This document shows, in pieces, positions 17,759-27,897 of a stretch of DNA of 59,091 nt. The stretch lies in the NCBI GenBank assembly GCA_035403965.1, contig DAONGE010000008.1, positions 1 to 59,091 of the forward strand. Reading direction: 5' to 3'. The notes beneath the pieces are model-generated. The model did no database searches, was not told the origin of the DNA, and saw nothing but the letters and a program-made list of their open reading frames with translations. The stretch comes from Candidatus Omnitrophota bacterium. Lineage in GTDB: Bacteria; Omnitrophota; Gorgyraeia; Tantalellales; Tantalellaceae. The number at the start of each line of letters is the position of its first letter. Positions within the stretch are counted from its first letter, which is position 1. The position numbers and the translations under genes are program-made.

Positions 17759-19119
17759 GAAGCAGGAGAACTCAGGAACAGGAAGGGGAAGTTGCGCAGT
17801 CTGCGCAGTCAGCACCGGCGGCGCCATCGGCTCCGGCTCCACAGAACAACGGGGTGCATGGGCCTGAACTCAACATCGTAAAACTTAAAAACATGAAAAT
17901 ATCGGAGCTTTCGGATCTCGCGAAGAATCTTGGCATCAACGGTCTAAGCGGATTAAAAAAGCATGATCTTATTTTCAAGATATTGCAGGCGCGTGTCGAA
18001 AAAAGCGGACTTGCGTATGGGCAGGGTGTGCTTGAAGTCCTGGACGATGGTTTCGGTTTTCTTAGGAGTCCGGATTATAATTATCTTCCGTGTCCGGACG
18101 ATATTTACGTGTCTCCATCACAGATACGCAGATTTAATCTGAAAACCGGTGATACGGTTAGCGGACAGGTCCGTCCGCCGAAAGAAGGCGAAAGATATTT
18201 CGCTCTTTTAAAGGTCGAGGCCGTTAATTTTGAGGATCCGGAAACCGCGCGTAACAGGATATTGTTCGAGAACCTGACGCCGCTTTATCCCAACGATAGA
18301 TTCGTTCTTGAAACGACATCCGAAGAGATCTCGATGAGGATAATGGACCTTTTGACCCCGGTCGGGAAAGGACAGAGAGGGCTTATAGTAGCTCCGCCGT
18401 ACAGCGGGAAAACGGTGCTTCTTCAGAAATTCGCCAACGCGATCAGCAATAATTGTCCCGACGTTAAATTGTTCATACTGCTTATCGATGAAAGGCCGGA
18501 AGAAGTTACCGATATGCAACGTTCCGTAAAGGCTGAGGTTATTAGCTCAACGTTCGATGAACCGGCACAGCGGCATACTCAAGTCGCTTCGATGGTGATC
18601 GAAAAAGCTAAGCGCCTCGTGGAGCATAAACAGGACGTTGTTATACTTCTTGATTCCATCACGCGTCTCGCGCGTGCGTATAATACGGTGGCTCCTCATT
18701 CCGGAAAGATACTTTCCGGTGGAGTGGATTCGAACGCGCTTCATGAACCGAAAAGATTTTTCGGGACTGCCCGTAACATCGAAGAAGGCGGAAGCCTTAC
18801 GATAATCGCCACGGCGCTTGTCGAGACCGGAAGCAGGATGGATGACGTTATTTTTGAAGAGTTCAAAGGTACCGGCAACATGGAAATACAGCTGGATAGG
18901 TCGCTGTTCCAGAGAAGGATATATCCGGCTATCGATATCAAAAAGTCGAACACGCGTAAAGAGGAACTTTTGATAAAGAAAGATGAACTTCAGAGAATAT
19001 GGCTTATGCGTAAAGCGCTGTCTGACCTTGATAGCGCGGAATCCATGCAGCTTTTGATCGATAGGATGAGAAAGACAAAATCGAACAAAGAATTTCTGGA
19101 AAATATGAGTAAGCTGTAA
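17734..19119 (+). CDS. rho: Transcription termination factor Rho (with low-complexity N-terminal extension of about 45 aa)
   Basis: Walker [16 protein letters not shown], motif [13 protein letters not shown], and the N-terminal SAP-like [14 protein letters not shown]. Overlaps coaE by 25 nt. Confidence 0.95.
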   Translation: MEKDSRPVRSRRTQEQEGEVAQSAQSAPAAPSAPAPQNNGVHGPELNIVKLKNMKISELSDLAKNLGINGLSGLKKHDLIFKILQARVEKSGLAYGQGVLEVLDDGFGFLRSPDYNYLPCPDDIYVSPSQIRRFNLKTGDTVSGQVRPPKEGERYFALLKVEAVNFEDPETARNRILFENLTPLYPNDRFVLETTSEEISMRIMDLLTPVGKGQRGLIVAPPYSGKTVLLQKFANAISNNCPDVKLFILLIDERPEEVTDMQRSVKAEVISSTFDEPAQRHTQVASMVIEKAKRLVEHKQDVVILLDSITRLARAYNTVAPHSGKILSGGVDSNALHEPKRFFGTARNIEEGGSLTIIATALVETGSRMDDVIFEEFKGTGNMEIQLDRSLFQRRIYPAIDIKKSNTRKEELLIKKDELQRIWLMRKALSDLDSAESMQLLIDRMRKTKSNKEFLENMSKL

Positions 19120-19207
19120 TATTTTACCGGGGACTGTTAGGAAAAAAGCAAGTTTGTGGTTTTTGTCCGATATGTTTTCTGTTGGAACAAAATATCAAAT
19201 AAATCAC

Positions 19208-19235
19208 TTGATATTTTGTTTCTTTTTAGTACAAT
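19208..19235 (+). promoter_or_regulatory. Candidate sigma70 promoter for rpmE-prfA-prmC-murA
   Basis: TTGATA (19208-19213), 16-nt spacer, TACAAT (19230-19235). Confidence 0.5.
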
Positions 19236-19287
19236 ATGACATATTTCTTTAAGTACTTAAAAATAGAAAGGTTACAGGAGGTTAGAA

Positions 19288-19503
19288 GTGAAGAAAGGTA
19301 TACATCCGGAGTACGTAGACGCAACTATAGTATGCGCGTGTGGAAATACGGTTCACACAAAATCTACTAAGAAAAATGTTCACGTTGAAATATGTTCAAA
19401 ATGTCATCCGTATTTCACGGGAAAACAGAAACTCGTTGATTCCGCCGGTATGGTGGATCGTTTTACAAAACGTTACGGCGCGAAAAAAGACGCTGGGAAA
19501 TAA
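19288..19503 (+). CDS. rpmE: 50S ribosomal protein L31 (zinc-binding type)
   Basis: GTG start after [15 protein letters not shown] at the N-terminus, plus CAC and CSKCH cysteine pairs. Confidence 0.9.
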   Translation: MKKGIHPEYVDATIVCACGNTVHTKSTKKNVHVEICSKCHPYFTGKQKLVDSAGMVDRFTKRYGAKKDAGK

Positions 19504-19597
19504 TATCATCGGGTTTTTAAGTACATCGTGCGATTTGACCGACAATGAATGAATAATCTTAAAGGCGCATTCAAAGCGTTAATGTGATCGACGGATA

Positions 19598-20674
19598 ATG
19601 TTTGATGAACTTTTAGAGAAAAAGAAACAGTTTGAGCAACTGGAGAAGGAGCTTTCATCTCCGGAGCTTTTGGCTGACAAAGAGGGTTTTCGAAAAAAAT
19701 CCAAGGAATATGCGGATCTTAAGGAACTTATAACCGAATTCGAAAAATATTCGGTTCTTGAAAAAGAAAAAAGCTCTTTGGAAAAGATATTGGAAGAGGA
19801 AGATGCGAAAAGCGAGTATTACGCTCTCGCTTCGGCCGAGCTCCCCACTATCGTCAGCGCTCTGGAAGCGAAAAAGCGCGATATTGAGGACATTTTGCTG
19901 AATGAGAACACCGCGGATTATAAGCGGAACGTTATCATGGAAGTGCGCGCCGGGACGGGCGGGATAGAGGCCAGTCTTTTTGCCGCGGATCTTTATAAAA
20001 TGTACACGAAGTTCGCGGCTTCTAAAGGTTGGAAGACGTCCGTGATGGGAATGAGCGAATCGGAACTTGGCGGCTATAAGGAAATAATATTTTCCGTTGA
20101 GGGCCATAACGTTTTTAAGTTTCTCCAGTTCGAGATGGGAACACACAGGGTTCAGCGAGTGCCGGAGACCGAAGCGTCCGGAAGGATACATACTTCGGCG
20201 GCTACGGTCGCTGTTCTGCCGGAACCGGAGGATGTGGATCTTGAGATAAATCCTCAGGATTTGAAGATAGACACATATAGATCTTCTGGCGCGGGCGGGC
20301 AGCACGTTAACACGACGGATTCGGCGATACGTATAACGCATTTACCGTCGGGGCTTGTTGTTAGCTGTCAGGATGAACGGAGCCAGCATAAGAACAAGGC
20401 GAAGGCGATGCGGGTTCTGAAAGCGCGACTACTTGAACAGATGAAACTGGTGCAGGCGAAAGAAATTTCGGCCGAACGAAAAAAGCAGGTGGGGACCGGG
20501 GACAGGTCGGAAAAGATCAGAACGTATAATTTTCCTGAGAACAGGGTCACCGATCACCGGATAAAGGTTTCGCTTTATAACCTTCCTGTTTTTATGGATG
20601 GGAAGATGGACGAGCTTATAGACGCTCTGATAGAAGAGGACAGAAAACTGAAATTGCAGTCGGTGGACAAATGA
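19598..20674 (+). CDS. prfA: Peptide chain release factor 1
   Basis: GGQ motif SGAGGQHVNTTDSA; 358 aa. Confidence 0.95.
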   Translation: MFDELLEKKKQFEQLEKELSSPELLADKEGFRKKSKEYADLKELITEFEKYSVLEKEKSSLEKILEEEDAKSEYYALASAELPTIVSALEAKKRDIEDILLNENTADYKRNVIMEVRAGTGGIEASLFAADLYKMYTKFAASKGWKTSVMGMSESELGGYKEIIFSVEGHNVFKFLQFEMGTHRVQRVPETEASGRIHTSAATVAVLPEPEDVDLEINPQDLKIDTYRSSGAGGQHVNTTDSAIRITHLPSGLVVSCQDERSQHKNKAKAMRVLKARLLEQMKLVQAKEISAERKKQVGTGDRSEKIRTYNFPENRVTDHRIKVSLYNLPVFMDGKMDELIDALIEEDRKLKLQSVDK

Positions 20675-21357
20675 GGGAATATTCCGAGACTGTTCCTTTT
20701 CAATACGAAGATGGTTTTGTGAATTTTATGGGGTTGGAAATTAAGGTCGATCCCAGGGTGTTTATCCCTAGGCCGGAAACGGCGCTTTTGGTGGAGATCG
20801 TCGCGAGATACTGTGAAGAAAAAGATTTCTGTAAAGCGCGTATACTGGATATGTGTACCGGCAGCGGGGCGATAGCGTTGGCGATAGCGAAAATGGTGTC
20901 GGACACGCAGATAACGGCTGTCGATCTTTCGACGGACGCGTTAAAAGTAGCCGAGGAGAACGCGAAGAGGCTGGGGCTTGACGGTAGAGTAAAATTTGTT
21001 CATTCGAATATGTTCGATTTTTTGCGGGACGGTGGGATAGAAGAATACGACGCAATAGTTTCCAATCCCCCGTATGTTTCGAAAAAAGATTACGAAAAGA
21101 CCGATGCCTGGGTAAAAGCCGAACCTAAAATGGCATTGTACTCAAGCGAAGAAGGAATGGATCACATAAATATTCTGGCCAAAGAAATCCCGGGATATTT
21201 AAAAGACGGAGGTTTTACTGCTTTGGAAATAGGGTATGATCAGTCTGAAAATGTTAAAAAGATTTTTTCAGAATATGGGTTTCAGAATATAAAAGGGCAC
21301 AGGGATTTTAACGGATTTGAACGTGTGATAACCGGGTGGAAACTTAAAAATGGATAA
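20671..21357 (+). CDS. prmC: Release-factor glutamine N5-methyltransferase, short form lacking the usual N-terminal helical domain
   Basis: Motifs IVSNPPYV, FIPRPETALLVE and the SAM motif DMCTGSGAIA. ATGA overlap with the prfA stop. Only 228 aa. Confidence 0.8.
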   Translation: MREYSETVPFQYEDGFVNFMGLEIKVDPRVFIPRPETALLVEIVARYCEEKDFCKARILDMCTGSGAIALAIAKMVSDTQITAVDLSTDALKVAEENAKRLGLDGRVKFVHSNMFDFLRDGGIEEYDAIVSNPPYVSKKDYEKTDAWVKAEPKMALYSSEEGMDHINILAKEIPGYLKDGGFTALEIGYDQSENVKKIFSEYGFQNIKGHRDFNGFERVITGWKLKNG

Positions 21358-22642
21358 GTTGGTAATAGAAGGCGGGAAAAGACTGACCGGGACCGTGAAG
21401 GTAAGCGGTTCTAAAAACTCATGTCTGCCTATTCTCGCCGCGTGTCTTTTGACAAGCGAGGAATGTAAAATAAAGAACGTTCCGGATCTTCGCGATGTGA
21501 ATACGATGATAAAGATCCTAAACGCTTTAGGGCGTGGCGCCGAACGCGTCGGGGATACGGTCATTGTAAAGGCTGGAGAAGTTACGAATCGGGTCGCCAG
21601 TTACGATCTTGTCAGCACGATGAGGGCTTCGATAGTGGTGCTTGGACCGATACTCGCGAAATACGGAGACGCGAAGGTTTCGTTTCCCGGCGGATGCGTT
21701 ATCGGCCCCCGTCCGATCGATCTACACATAAAGGGTTTGAGAGGACTTGGCGCGGATATATCCGTCAGAGAAGGATATCTTACCGCGAAGGCCAGATCTA
21801 AAAGGCTTATTGGCAGCAAGGTATATCTGGGCGGGCATTTCGGTTCGAGTGTTTTAGGAACCGATAATACAATGATGGCCGCTGTTCTTGCTGAGGGCGA
21901 AACCATAATAGAAAATGCGGCATGCGAGCCGGAGGTTACGGATCTCGCGAATTTTCTTGTGGCGCTTGGAGCGAAGATACACGGAATTGGAACTCCGACA
22001 TTGTGTATAAGTGGCGTAAAAAAACTGAAGGGCGCGGAGTATTCGATAATACCTGATCGTATCGAGGCTGGTACATATATGATGGCGGCGGCGATAACGG
22101 GCGGTCGTCTTTTTGTCGAGGATGCGCGGGTTATTCATAATCTCGCTTTGATAGATAAATTGAAAGAGATCGGTGTTAATGTCGAAGAAATGGATAATGG
22201 TGTGGAAGTTTCGCATGTGGGTGGGCTTTTAAAAGCTACACATATAACCACGAACACTTATCCCGGTTTCCCGACGGATCTTCAGGCGCAGATGATGAGC
22301 ATAGCGACCATAAGCGACGGGATTAGCGTAATAACGGAAAAAATATATCCGGAAAGATTTATACACATAAGCGAATTGAATAGAATGGGCGCTAACATAA
22401 TGCTTGAAGGTTCCACAGCTATAGTGCACGGAGTGAAGGCGCTTAGCGGTGCGCCGGTCATGGCGTCGGATCTCAGGGCATCCGCAGGACTTGTTCTTGC
22501 TGGGTTAGTCGCCGAGGGCGAGACTGAGATATCGAGGGTTTATCATATTGACCGCGGGTACGAAAAGATCGAGGAAAAGCTTTCGGCGGTTGGAGCTAAG
22601 ATATGGCGTGTGAAAGAACAGAAAACGGAAAAAGAGCCGTAA
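21350..22642 (+). CDS. murA: UDP-N-acetylglucosamine 1-carboxyvinyltransferase
   Basis: Catalytic Cys loop FPGGCVIGPRPIDLH; 430 aa. Confidence 0.95.
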   Translation: MDKLVIEGGKRLTGTVKVSGSKNSCLPILAACLLTSEECKIKNVPDLRDVNTMIKILNALGRGAERVGDTVIVKAGEVTNRVASYDLVSTMRASIVVLGPILAKYGDAKVSFPGGCVIGPRPIDLHIKGLRGLGADISVREGYLTAKARSKRLIGSKVYLGGHFGSSVLGTDNTMMAAVLAEGETIIENAACEPEVTDLANFLVALGAKIHGIGTPTLCISGVKKLKGAEYSIIPDRIEAGTYMMAAAITGGRLFVEDARVIHNLALIDKLKEIGVNVEEMDNGVEVSHVGGLLKATHITTNTYPGFPTDLQAQMMSIATISDGISVITEKIYPERFIHISELNRMGANIMLEGSTAIVHGVKALSGAPVMASDLRASAGLVLAGLVAEGETEISRVYHIDRGYEKIEEKLSAVGAKIWRVKEQKTEKEP

Positions 22643-22689
22643 GGTTTAACGGCTTAGAGACCGGTAATATTAACCAGGAGGAAAAGTAC

Positions 22690-22929
22690 ATGGAAGTGGC
22701 TTTAAGAATGAAGATGTTCGGAACGAAAAAGACGCCGTTTTTCCGTATAGTGGCTATCTGCAAACCCAAAGCTCGAGGCGGAAAGATCCTTGAAGAAATA
22801 GGAAACTATGATCCGAAAAAAAAGGGTGAACAGGTTACGATAAAAAAGGACAGAGTCGACTATTGGATCAAGAACGGGGCGAGGCCGTCCGAGACGGTGA
22901 AAAGCATCATAAAAAAGTACTGTAAGTAA
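22690..22929 (+). CDS. rpsP: 30S ribosomal protein S16
   Basis: ATG 22690 is preceded by AGGAGG. MKMFGTKKTPFFRIVA matches the S16 N-terminus. The ORF-track start at 22603 overlaps murA and is unlikely. Confidence 0.9.
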   Translation: MEVALRMKMFGTKKTPFFRIVAICKPKARGGKILEEIGNYDPKKKGEQVTIKKDRVDYWIKNGARPSETVKSIIKKYCK

Positions 22930-22933
22930 AACG

Positions 22934-23635
22934 ATGCGGATCGATATCATTACTCTTTTTCCCGGTATGTTCAAAGGCGCGATGGAAGAGTCGATGCTGA
23001 AACTGGCGAAAAAGAAGGGTTTGGTAGAAATAACGGTACGCGATCTCAGGGATTGGACACACGACAGACACCGAACGGCGGACGATAAACCGTTCGGCGG
23101 TGGTCCTGGGATGGTGATGAAGGTAGAGCCGGTAGATGAGGCTCTTGCGGAAATAAAAGGGGAAATTAAAAAAAACGCGCGGTCTCGGGTGATATTAATG
23201 ACGCCTCAGGGGCAGAAGTTCGAACAGAAACTAGCGCGGTCTTTGGCAGAGTACGATCATCTGGTATTTTTGTGCGGGCACTATGAGGGCGTGGACGAAA
23301 GGATACGCGGAATGGTGGACAACGAGATCTCCATAGGTGATTATGTTCTAACAGGCGGAGAGCTCCCGGCTATGGTAGTGTGTGACGCGGTTATCAGGCT
23401 AATCCCGGGTGTTCTCGGAAGAATGAGTTCTTTGCATGAGGAATCTTTTGAGAACGGGATGTTAGAGTACCCACAATATACGAGGCCCGCCGAGTACAAA
23501 GGGATGAAAGTCCCTGAAGTGCTTTTGTGCGGAGACCCGAAAAAAATAGAGAAATGGAAAAAACAGAAGGCCGTGGAACGGACAAGAGATCGCCGGCCGG
23601 ATCTTCTGGAGAACAAAAAAAATAAAGAATCTTGA
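22934..23635 (+). CDS. trmD: tRNA (guanine37-N1)-methyltransferase
   Basis: Motifs [13 protein letters not shown] and [13 protein letters not shown]. Confidence 0.95.
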   Translation: MRIDIITLFPGMFKGAMEESMLKLAKKKGLVEITVRDLRDWTHDRHRTADDKPFGGGPGMVMKVEPVDEALAEIKGEIKKNARSRVILMTPQGQKFEQKLARSLAEYDHLVFLCGHYEGVDERIRGMVDNEISIGDYVLTGGELPAMVVCDAVIRLIPGVLGRMSSLHEESFENGMLEYPQYTRPAEYKGMKVPEVLLCGDPKKIEKWKKQKAVERTRDRRPDLLENKKNKES

Positions 23636-23678
23636 TGAAAACTGGCCGGTGTCAGTCGGTCATTTAAAGGAGGAAGTA

Positions 23679-24038
23679 ATGAGTAACAGCAGCATAATGG
23701 AAAATTTTGAGAAGAAACATAAAAAAGAGAACAAATACGTTTTTGAGGTCGGTGATTCCGTGGACGTATCGTTCAGGATAACCGAAGGCGATAAGACCCG
23801 CGTTCAGCTTTTCAGCGGGGTCGTGATCGGGAAAAAAGGGACCGGTATCAACGAGATGTTCACGGTAAGGAGAATATCGTACGGTGAAGGCGTTGAAAGG
23901 GTATTCCCGTTGTATTCGCCGCTTATCGAGAGTATCGAGGTCACTAAGCAGGGTAAAACACGCCGGTCGAAACTATATTATCTCAGGGAAAGAACCGGTA
24001 AAAAGGCCACAAAGGTAAAAGAGAAGCTTGGAGAATAA
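23679..24038 (+). CDS. rplS: 50S ribosomal protein L19
   Basis: AAGGAGG lies upstream of ATG 23679. Motif [29 protein letters not shown]. Confidence 0.9.
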   Translation: MSNSSIMENFEKKHKKENKYVFEVGDSVDVSFRITEGDKTRVQLFSGVVIGKKGTGINEMFTVRRISYGEGVERVFPLYSPLIESIEVTKQGKTRRSKLYYLRERTGKKATKVKEKLGE

Positions 24039-24675
24039 TACTTCTTTAGGGAAGTACAGCCTGCGATTTTCTTACGAGCAGGCGGCCATGGACGAGGGGC
24101 ACCGGATCGTGGCGGGTATAGACGAAGCCGGGCGAGGTCCTCTCGCGGGCCCAGTGGTTGCGGCCGCTGTTGTAGTGAACGACAGGAATTTTTTGGAACG
24201 CATGGACGATTCAAAAAAAATGACCGCGAGAAGCAGGGAACGTTCTTATAAAGAGATATTTGAAAAATGCGATGTCGGGGTTGGCATGGCCAGTGTGGAA
24301 GAAATAGATAAATTTAATATTCTGAACGCTACCCTTTTGGCCATGGAACGGGCCGTGGCGGCGCTTAAGAACAATCCTGATTATTTGTTGATCGACGGCA
24401 GTAGAATGAACGTAAAAGTGCCGCAAAAAAGAACATGCCTTATAGCCGGTGAAAGCAAAAGCACATCGATCGCATGTGCTTCTATCGTAGCTAAAGTTAC
24501 CAGAGACAGAATAATGGATGAAGAGGATAAAAAATATCCTCTTTACGGTTTTGCAAAGCATAAAGGGTACGGAACAAAAGCCCATATCGACGCCATAAAC
24601 AAAGCGGGGCTTTCGCCGATACATCGTTTAAGTTTCGGACCTTTTGGAGGGAAGAACGCGACCGCGGCGTTTTAA
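24028..24675 (+). CDS. rnhB: Ribonuclease HII
   Basis: Motif [22 protein letters not shown]; conserved position after rplS. Confidence 0.9.
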   Translation: MENNTSLGKYSLRFSYEQAAMDEGHRIVAGIDEAGRGPLAGPVVAAAVVVNDRNFLERMDDSKKMTARSRERSYKEIFEKCDVGVGMASVEEIDKFNILNATLLAMERAVAALKNNPDYLLIDGSRMNVKVPQKRTCLIAGESKSTSIACASIVAKVTRDRIMDEEDKKYPLYGFAKHKGYGTKAHIDAINKAGLSPIHRLSFGPFGGKNATAAF

Positions 24676-24715
24676 ATCCGCGCATTTCATCACGTATTGA
24701 AAAAAAGGAGAACCT

Positions 24716-26416
24716 ATGAGTCTTAATCATGACGAACGGGTAGTGTCAGAGATCATGCCCAGGCCTATCGAAGAGATAGCCAAGAAAGCAGGCATCCCTG
24801 CCAAAAGCCTTAAACTGCAGAGTAAATACGTCGCGAAGGTACCGGCCGATCTTCTTGAAGAATCCTTTAAAAATAAAAAAGACGGGAAGCTTATAGTTAT
24901 GACGTCGATCACGCCGACTATGGTAGGCGAAGGTCAGACCGTGAATACGATAGCGCTTTCCATGGCTTTCAATAAAATGGGCAAAAAGTCAGTGGCCAGC
25001 ATGATGCAGTCCGCGTACGGTCCTCTTTTTAGTATGAAAGGCGGCGCTACCGGCGGAGGGTTCGCACAGCTTATGCCCGCCGAAGAGATAAATCTTCATA
25101 TGGTTTCGGATTTCCACGCGGTAGAAGCAGCGCAGAATATGTGCGCGGCGGTTCTTGATAATAATTTTTTCTGGGGGAATACCTGCAAGTTTAATAAGGA
25201 TCATATTACATGGCATAGAGCCGTAGATATGTGCGACAGATCGCTCAGGAACGTTACGATAGGCGGAGGCGGGAAACTGCACGGTGTTAATAGACGCACC
25301 GGAGTCGATATAACCGGCGCGTGCGAATGTATGGCCATATTGGGACTTTCAAAAAATCTAAAACAACTGCGCGCTAAACTCGGCAGCGTTGTTGTAGGGT
25401 ACAGCGAGAGTGGCAAACCTATTACGGCCGAGGAATTGAAAGTGGCCGGTGCCATGGCTGTTGTTTTGCGGGAGGCGCTTAATCCGAATATAGTGCAGAC
25501 TTCGGAGCACACGCTGGCTTTTATGCACACATGTTCTTTTTCAAATATGATCCATGGTTCAGGATCTTTGATCGCGGATCTTATGGCGCTTAAGCTGTCG
25601 GAATACGCTGTGGTAGAGACAGGTTTTGGCGCGGATCTCGGGGCGGAAAAATATTTCGATATAAAATGCAGACAAAGCGGGATGAAGCCGGACGTAGCCG
25701 TTATCAACTGTTCGGTAAGGGCGCTTAAAATGCACAGCGGAGATTTCGCGATGAAGAACGGTCATCTCCCTGACGAATTGAAGAGAGAGGATCTTTCTGC
25801 CGTTGACCGGGGGTGCTCGAATCTTGAAAAACAGGTTGAGAACCTTAAAATGTTCGGGATACCTATAGTCGTTTGTGTCAATAGGTTCGACAGTGATTCT
25901 AAGAAAGAGGTGGATGTAGTTATACGAAGAGCTCAGGCTCTGAACGTGCGCGTTGCGGTAAGTGAGGCGTACAAAATTGGCAGTAAAGGGGCGCATGATC
26001 TGGCGAAACAGGTGATCGAAGCATCCAAGGAAAAATCCGCGTTCAGGTACATGTATCCGGTCGATATGAGCATACGCAACAAGATAGAGCGTATCGGAAA
26101 GTCGATGTACGGCGCGACCGAGGTTAAATATTCCGAGGAAGCTGTGAAAGAGATGGCGTTGATAGAGAATGCGAAACTCGATCAACTCCCGATAAGTATA
26201 GCCAAGACGCATCTTTCACTTTCGGATAATCCGAAAAGAAAAGGCAGACCGCGCGGATTCACGCTCAGCGTTGAAAATGTGGAGGCTTTTAACGGCGCCG
26301 GTTATATTGTCGCCAGGTGTGATGGTATGACGAGCATGCCGGAACTTCCGAAAAATCCGCGGCTTGAGAAAATAGACATAGATCTTAAAACAGGCAAGAA
26401 CAAGGGGATAATGTAA
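24716..26416 (+). CDS. fhs: Formate--tetrahydrofolate ligase homologue with divergent active-site motifs
   Basis: Full-length FTHFS-like protein of 566 aa (DMCDRSLRNV, VRALKMHSG, RTGVDITGACE). The canonical GEGK(T/S)T P-loop reads GEGQTV; Gln74 is codon 24935-24937. Confidence 0.8.
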   Translation: MSLNHDERVVSEIMPRPIEEIAKKAGIPAKSLKLQSKYVAKVPADLLEESFKNKKDGKLIVMTSITPTMVGEGQTVNTIALSMAFNKMGKKSVASMMQSAYGPLFSMKGGATGGGFAQLMPAEEINLHMVSDFHAVEAAQNMCAAVLDNNFFWGNTCKFNKDHITWHRAVDMCDRSLRNVTIGGGGKLHGVNRRTGVDITGACECMAILGLSKNLKQLRAKLGSVVVGYSESGKPITAEELKVAGAMAVVLREALNPNIVQTSEHTLAFMHTCSFSNMIHGSGSLIADLMALKLSEYAVVETGFGADLGAEKYFDIKCRQSGMKPDVAVINCSVRALKMHSGDFAMKNGHLPDELKREDLSAVDRGCSNLEKQVENLKMFGIPIVVCVNRFDSDSKKEVDVVIRRAQALNVRVAVSEAYKIGSKGAHDLAKQVIEASKEKSAFRYMYPVDMSIRNKIERIGKSMYGATEVKYSEEAVKEMALIENAKLDQLPISIAKTHLSLSDNPKRKGRPRGFTLSVENVEAFNGAGYIVARCDGMTSMPELPKNPRLEKIDIDLKTGKNKGIM

Positions 26417-26417
26417 A

Positions 26418-27023
26418 ATGGATGTTAGCTCCTATTTGAGCGAATCGTTGTATGTATATCTCAAGGACCTTTCCGATAAAAAAATGGTGCCGGGCGGTGG
26501 TAGCGCAGCGGCTTTGGTGGCTTCCGTCGGCGCGGCTCTTAACATGATGGTTCTTAATTATTCGATAAAAAAGGATAATGCGTCTAAGAATGAAGATCTG
26601 ATAGTACTTAAAGCCAGACAGGATAAAATCCTGGAAACTCTGGTTAAAATCATAGATGAAGACTGTATCGCTTTTGAGGAACTTATGTCCGTTCTGAAAG
26701 ATGGCGCCGATGCGGAAGATAAATACAAAAGAGCTGCTGGAGTGCCGATGCGTATATGCCGCGAAAGTTGTTCCTGTATGGAGATCGCTTTATTCCTAGT
26801 GGAGGCTGGGAACAAGAACCTTATTACTGACGTAGGGTGTGCGGTGCATATGCTCGAAGGAGCATTCTTTTCGGCTTTATACAACGTGCGCGTGAACTTG
26901 AAGTATATAAAGGATAATGCGTTTAAAGCTGGATATGAGACCGAGCTGGGGGAGATGTCTAAAATGGTGAAGGGTTCTTTATCTGAAATTGAACAAAAAT
27001 TGGACGCAGCTCTTCGTATCTGA
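26418..27023 (+). CDS. fchA: Cyclodeaminase/cyclohydrolase family protein (methenyl-THF cyclohydrolase FchA-like)
   Basis: Motif PGGGSAAALVASVGAALNMMV, typical of the FTCD C-terminal domain family. Starts 1 nt after the fhs stop. Confidence 0.75.
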   Translation: MDVSSYLSESLYVYLKDLSDKKMVPGGGSAAALVASVGAALNMMVLNYSIKKDNASKNEDLIVLKARQDKILETLVKIIDEDCIAFEELMSVLKDGADAEDKYKRAAGVPMRICRESCSCMEIALFLVEAGNKNLITDVGCAVHMLEGAFFSALYNVRVNLKYIKDNAFKAGYETELGEMSKMVKGSLSEIEQKLDAALRI

Positions 27024-27033
27024 AAGGAATAAA

Positions 27034-27897
27034 ATGGCGCAATTGGTTGACGGACGCATGATCGCCAAAGAAATACAGACCGCCGTGTGCGAAAAATGCG
27101 CGGCGCTTAAGGCGTCTTCTCGGCCTTTGCCGAAGCTAGTTTCTGTAATAGCGGGGACATGTGACGGGTCCGAGATATATATAAAAGCCCAGACTCAGGC
27201 CGCGGCGAATACCGGCATAGTATTTGAGACGTGCAAACTCAGCGGCAGCGTCACACAGAGCGAGCTTATGAAAAAAATAGGCGCGCTTAACGTCGATCCG
27301 TCAGTAACCGCCGTTATTATACAGCATCCTCTGCCGGCGGGAATAGATCACGATAAGGTAATATCGGCGATAAATCCCGAGAAAGACGCCGAAGGGACAC
27401 ATCCGTGCAATCTTGGCAGAATATTCCGCCGCGAGGCCGACATTGTTCCATGCACACCCGGCGCGGTAATGAAGATATTAAGTTATCACAAGATAGATTT
27501 GTATGGTAAGGATGTGGTTATTATCGGGCATTCCCCGATAGTAGGGAAACCGTTAAGCCTTATGATGCTCAACGAAACCGCGACTACGTCGGTATGTCAC
27601 ATCGGCACGGCTAAAATAGGGCATATACAGGATTATACAAGGCGCGCCGATATACTCGTTGTTGCCGTTGGGAAAAGTGAAATGGTAAAAAGCGATTGGA
27701 TAAAAGAAGGGGCAATAGTTATAGACGTTGGCATCAATAATGTCGCGGGAAAGATCACAGGGGATGTGGATTTTAACGGTGTGAAAGATAAAGCGTCGCT
27801 TATAACGCCAGTTCCGGGCGGGGTTGGACCGATAACTGTGGCTATTTTAATGAGGAACGTTTTAAGGGCGTACAGGACACAGCATGAAAACATTTAA
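27034..27897 (+). CDS. folD: Bifunctional methylene-THF dehydrogenase / methenyl-THF cyclohydrolase
   Basis: ATG 27034 gives MAQLVDGRMIAKEI. Motifs IIQHPLP, GHSPIVGKP and ITPVPGGVGPITVA. Confidence 0.9.
   Translation: MAQLVDGRMIAKEIQTAVCEKCAALKASSRPLPKLVSVIAGTCDGSEIYIKAQTQAAANTGIVFETCKLSGSVTQSELMKKIGALNVDPSVTAVIIQHPLPAGIDHDKVISAINPEKDAEGTHPCNLGRIFRREADIVPCTPGAVMKILSYHKIDLYGKDVVIIGHSPIVGKPLSLMMLNETATTSVCHIGTAKIGHIQDYTRRADILVVAVGKSEMVKSDWIKEGAIVIDVGINNVAGKITGDVDFNGVKDKASLITPVPGGVGPITVAILMRNVLRAYRTQHENI

Noticed and set aside
22603-22689. N-terminal 29-codon extension of rpsP proposed by the ORF track
   Set aside because: It overlaps the murA 3' end. A strong AGGAGG sits just before ATG 22690, and the S16 family N-terminus begins there.
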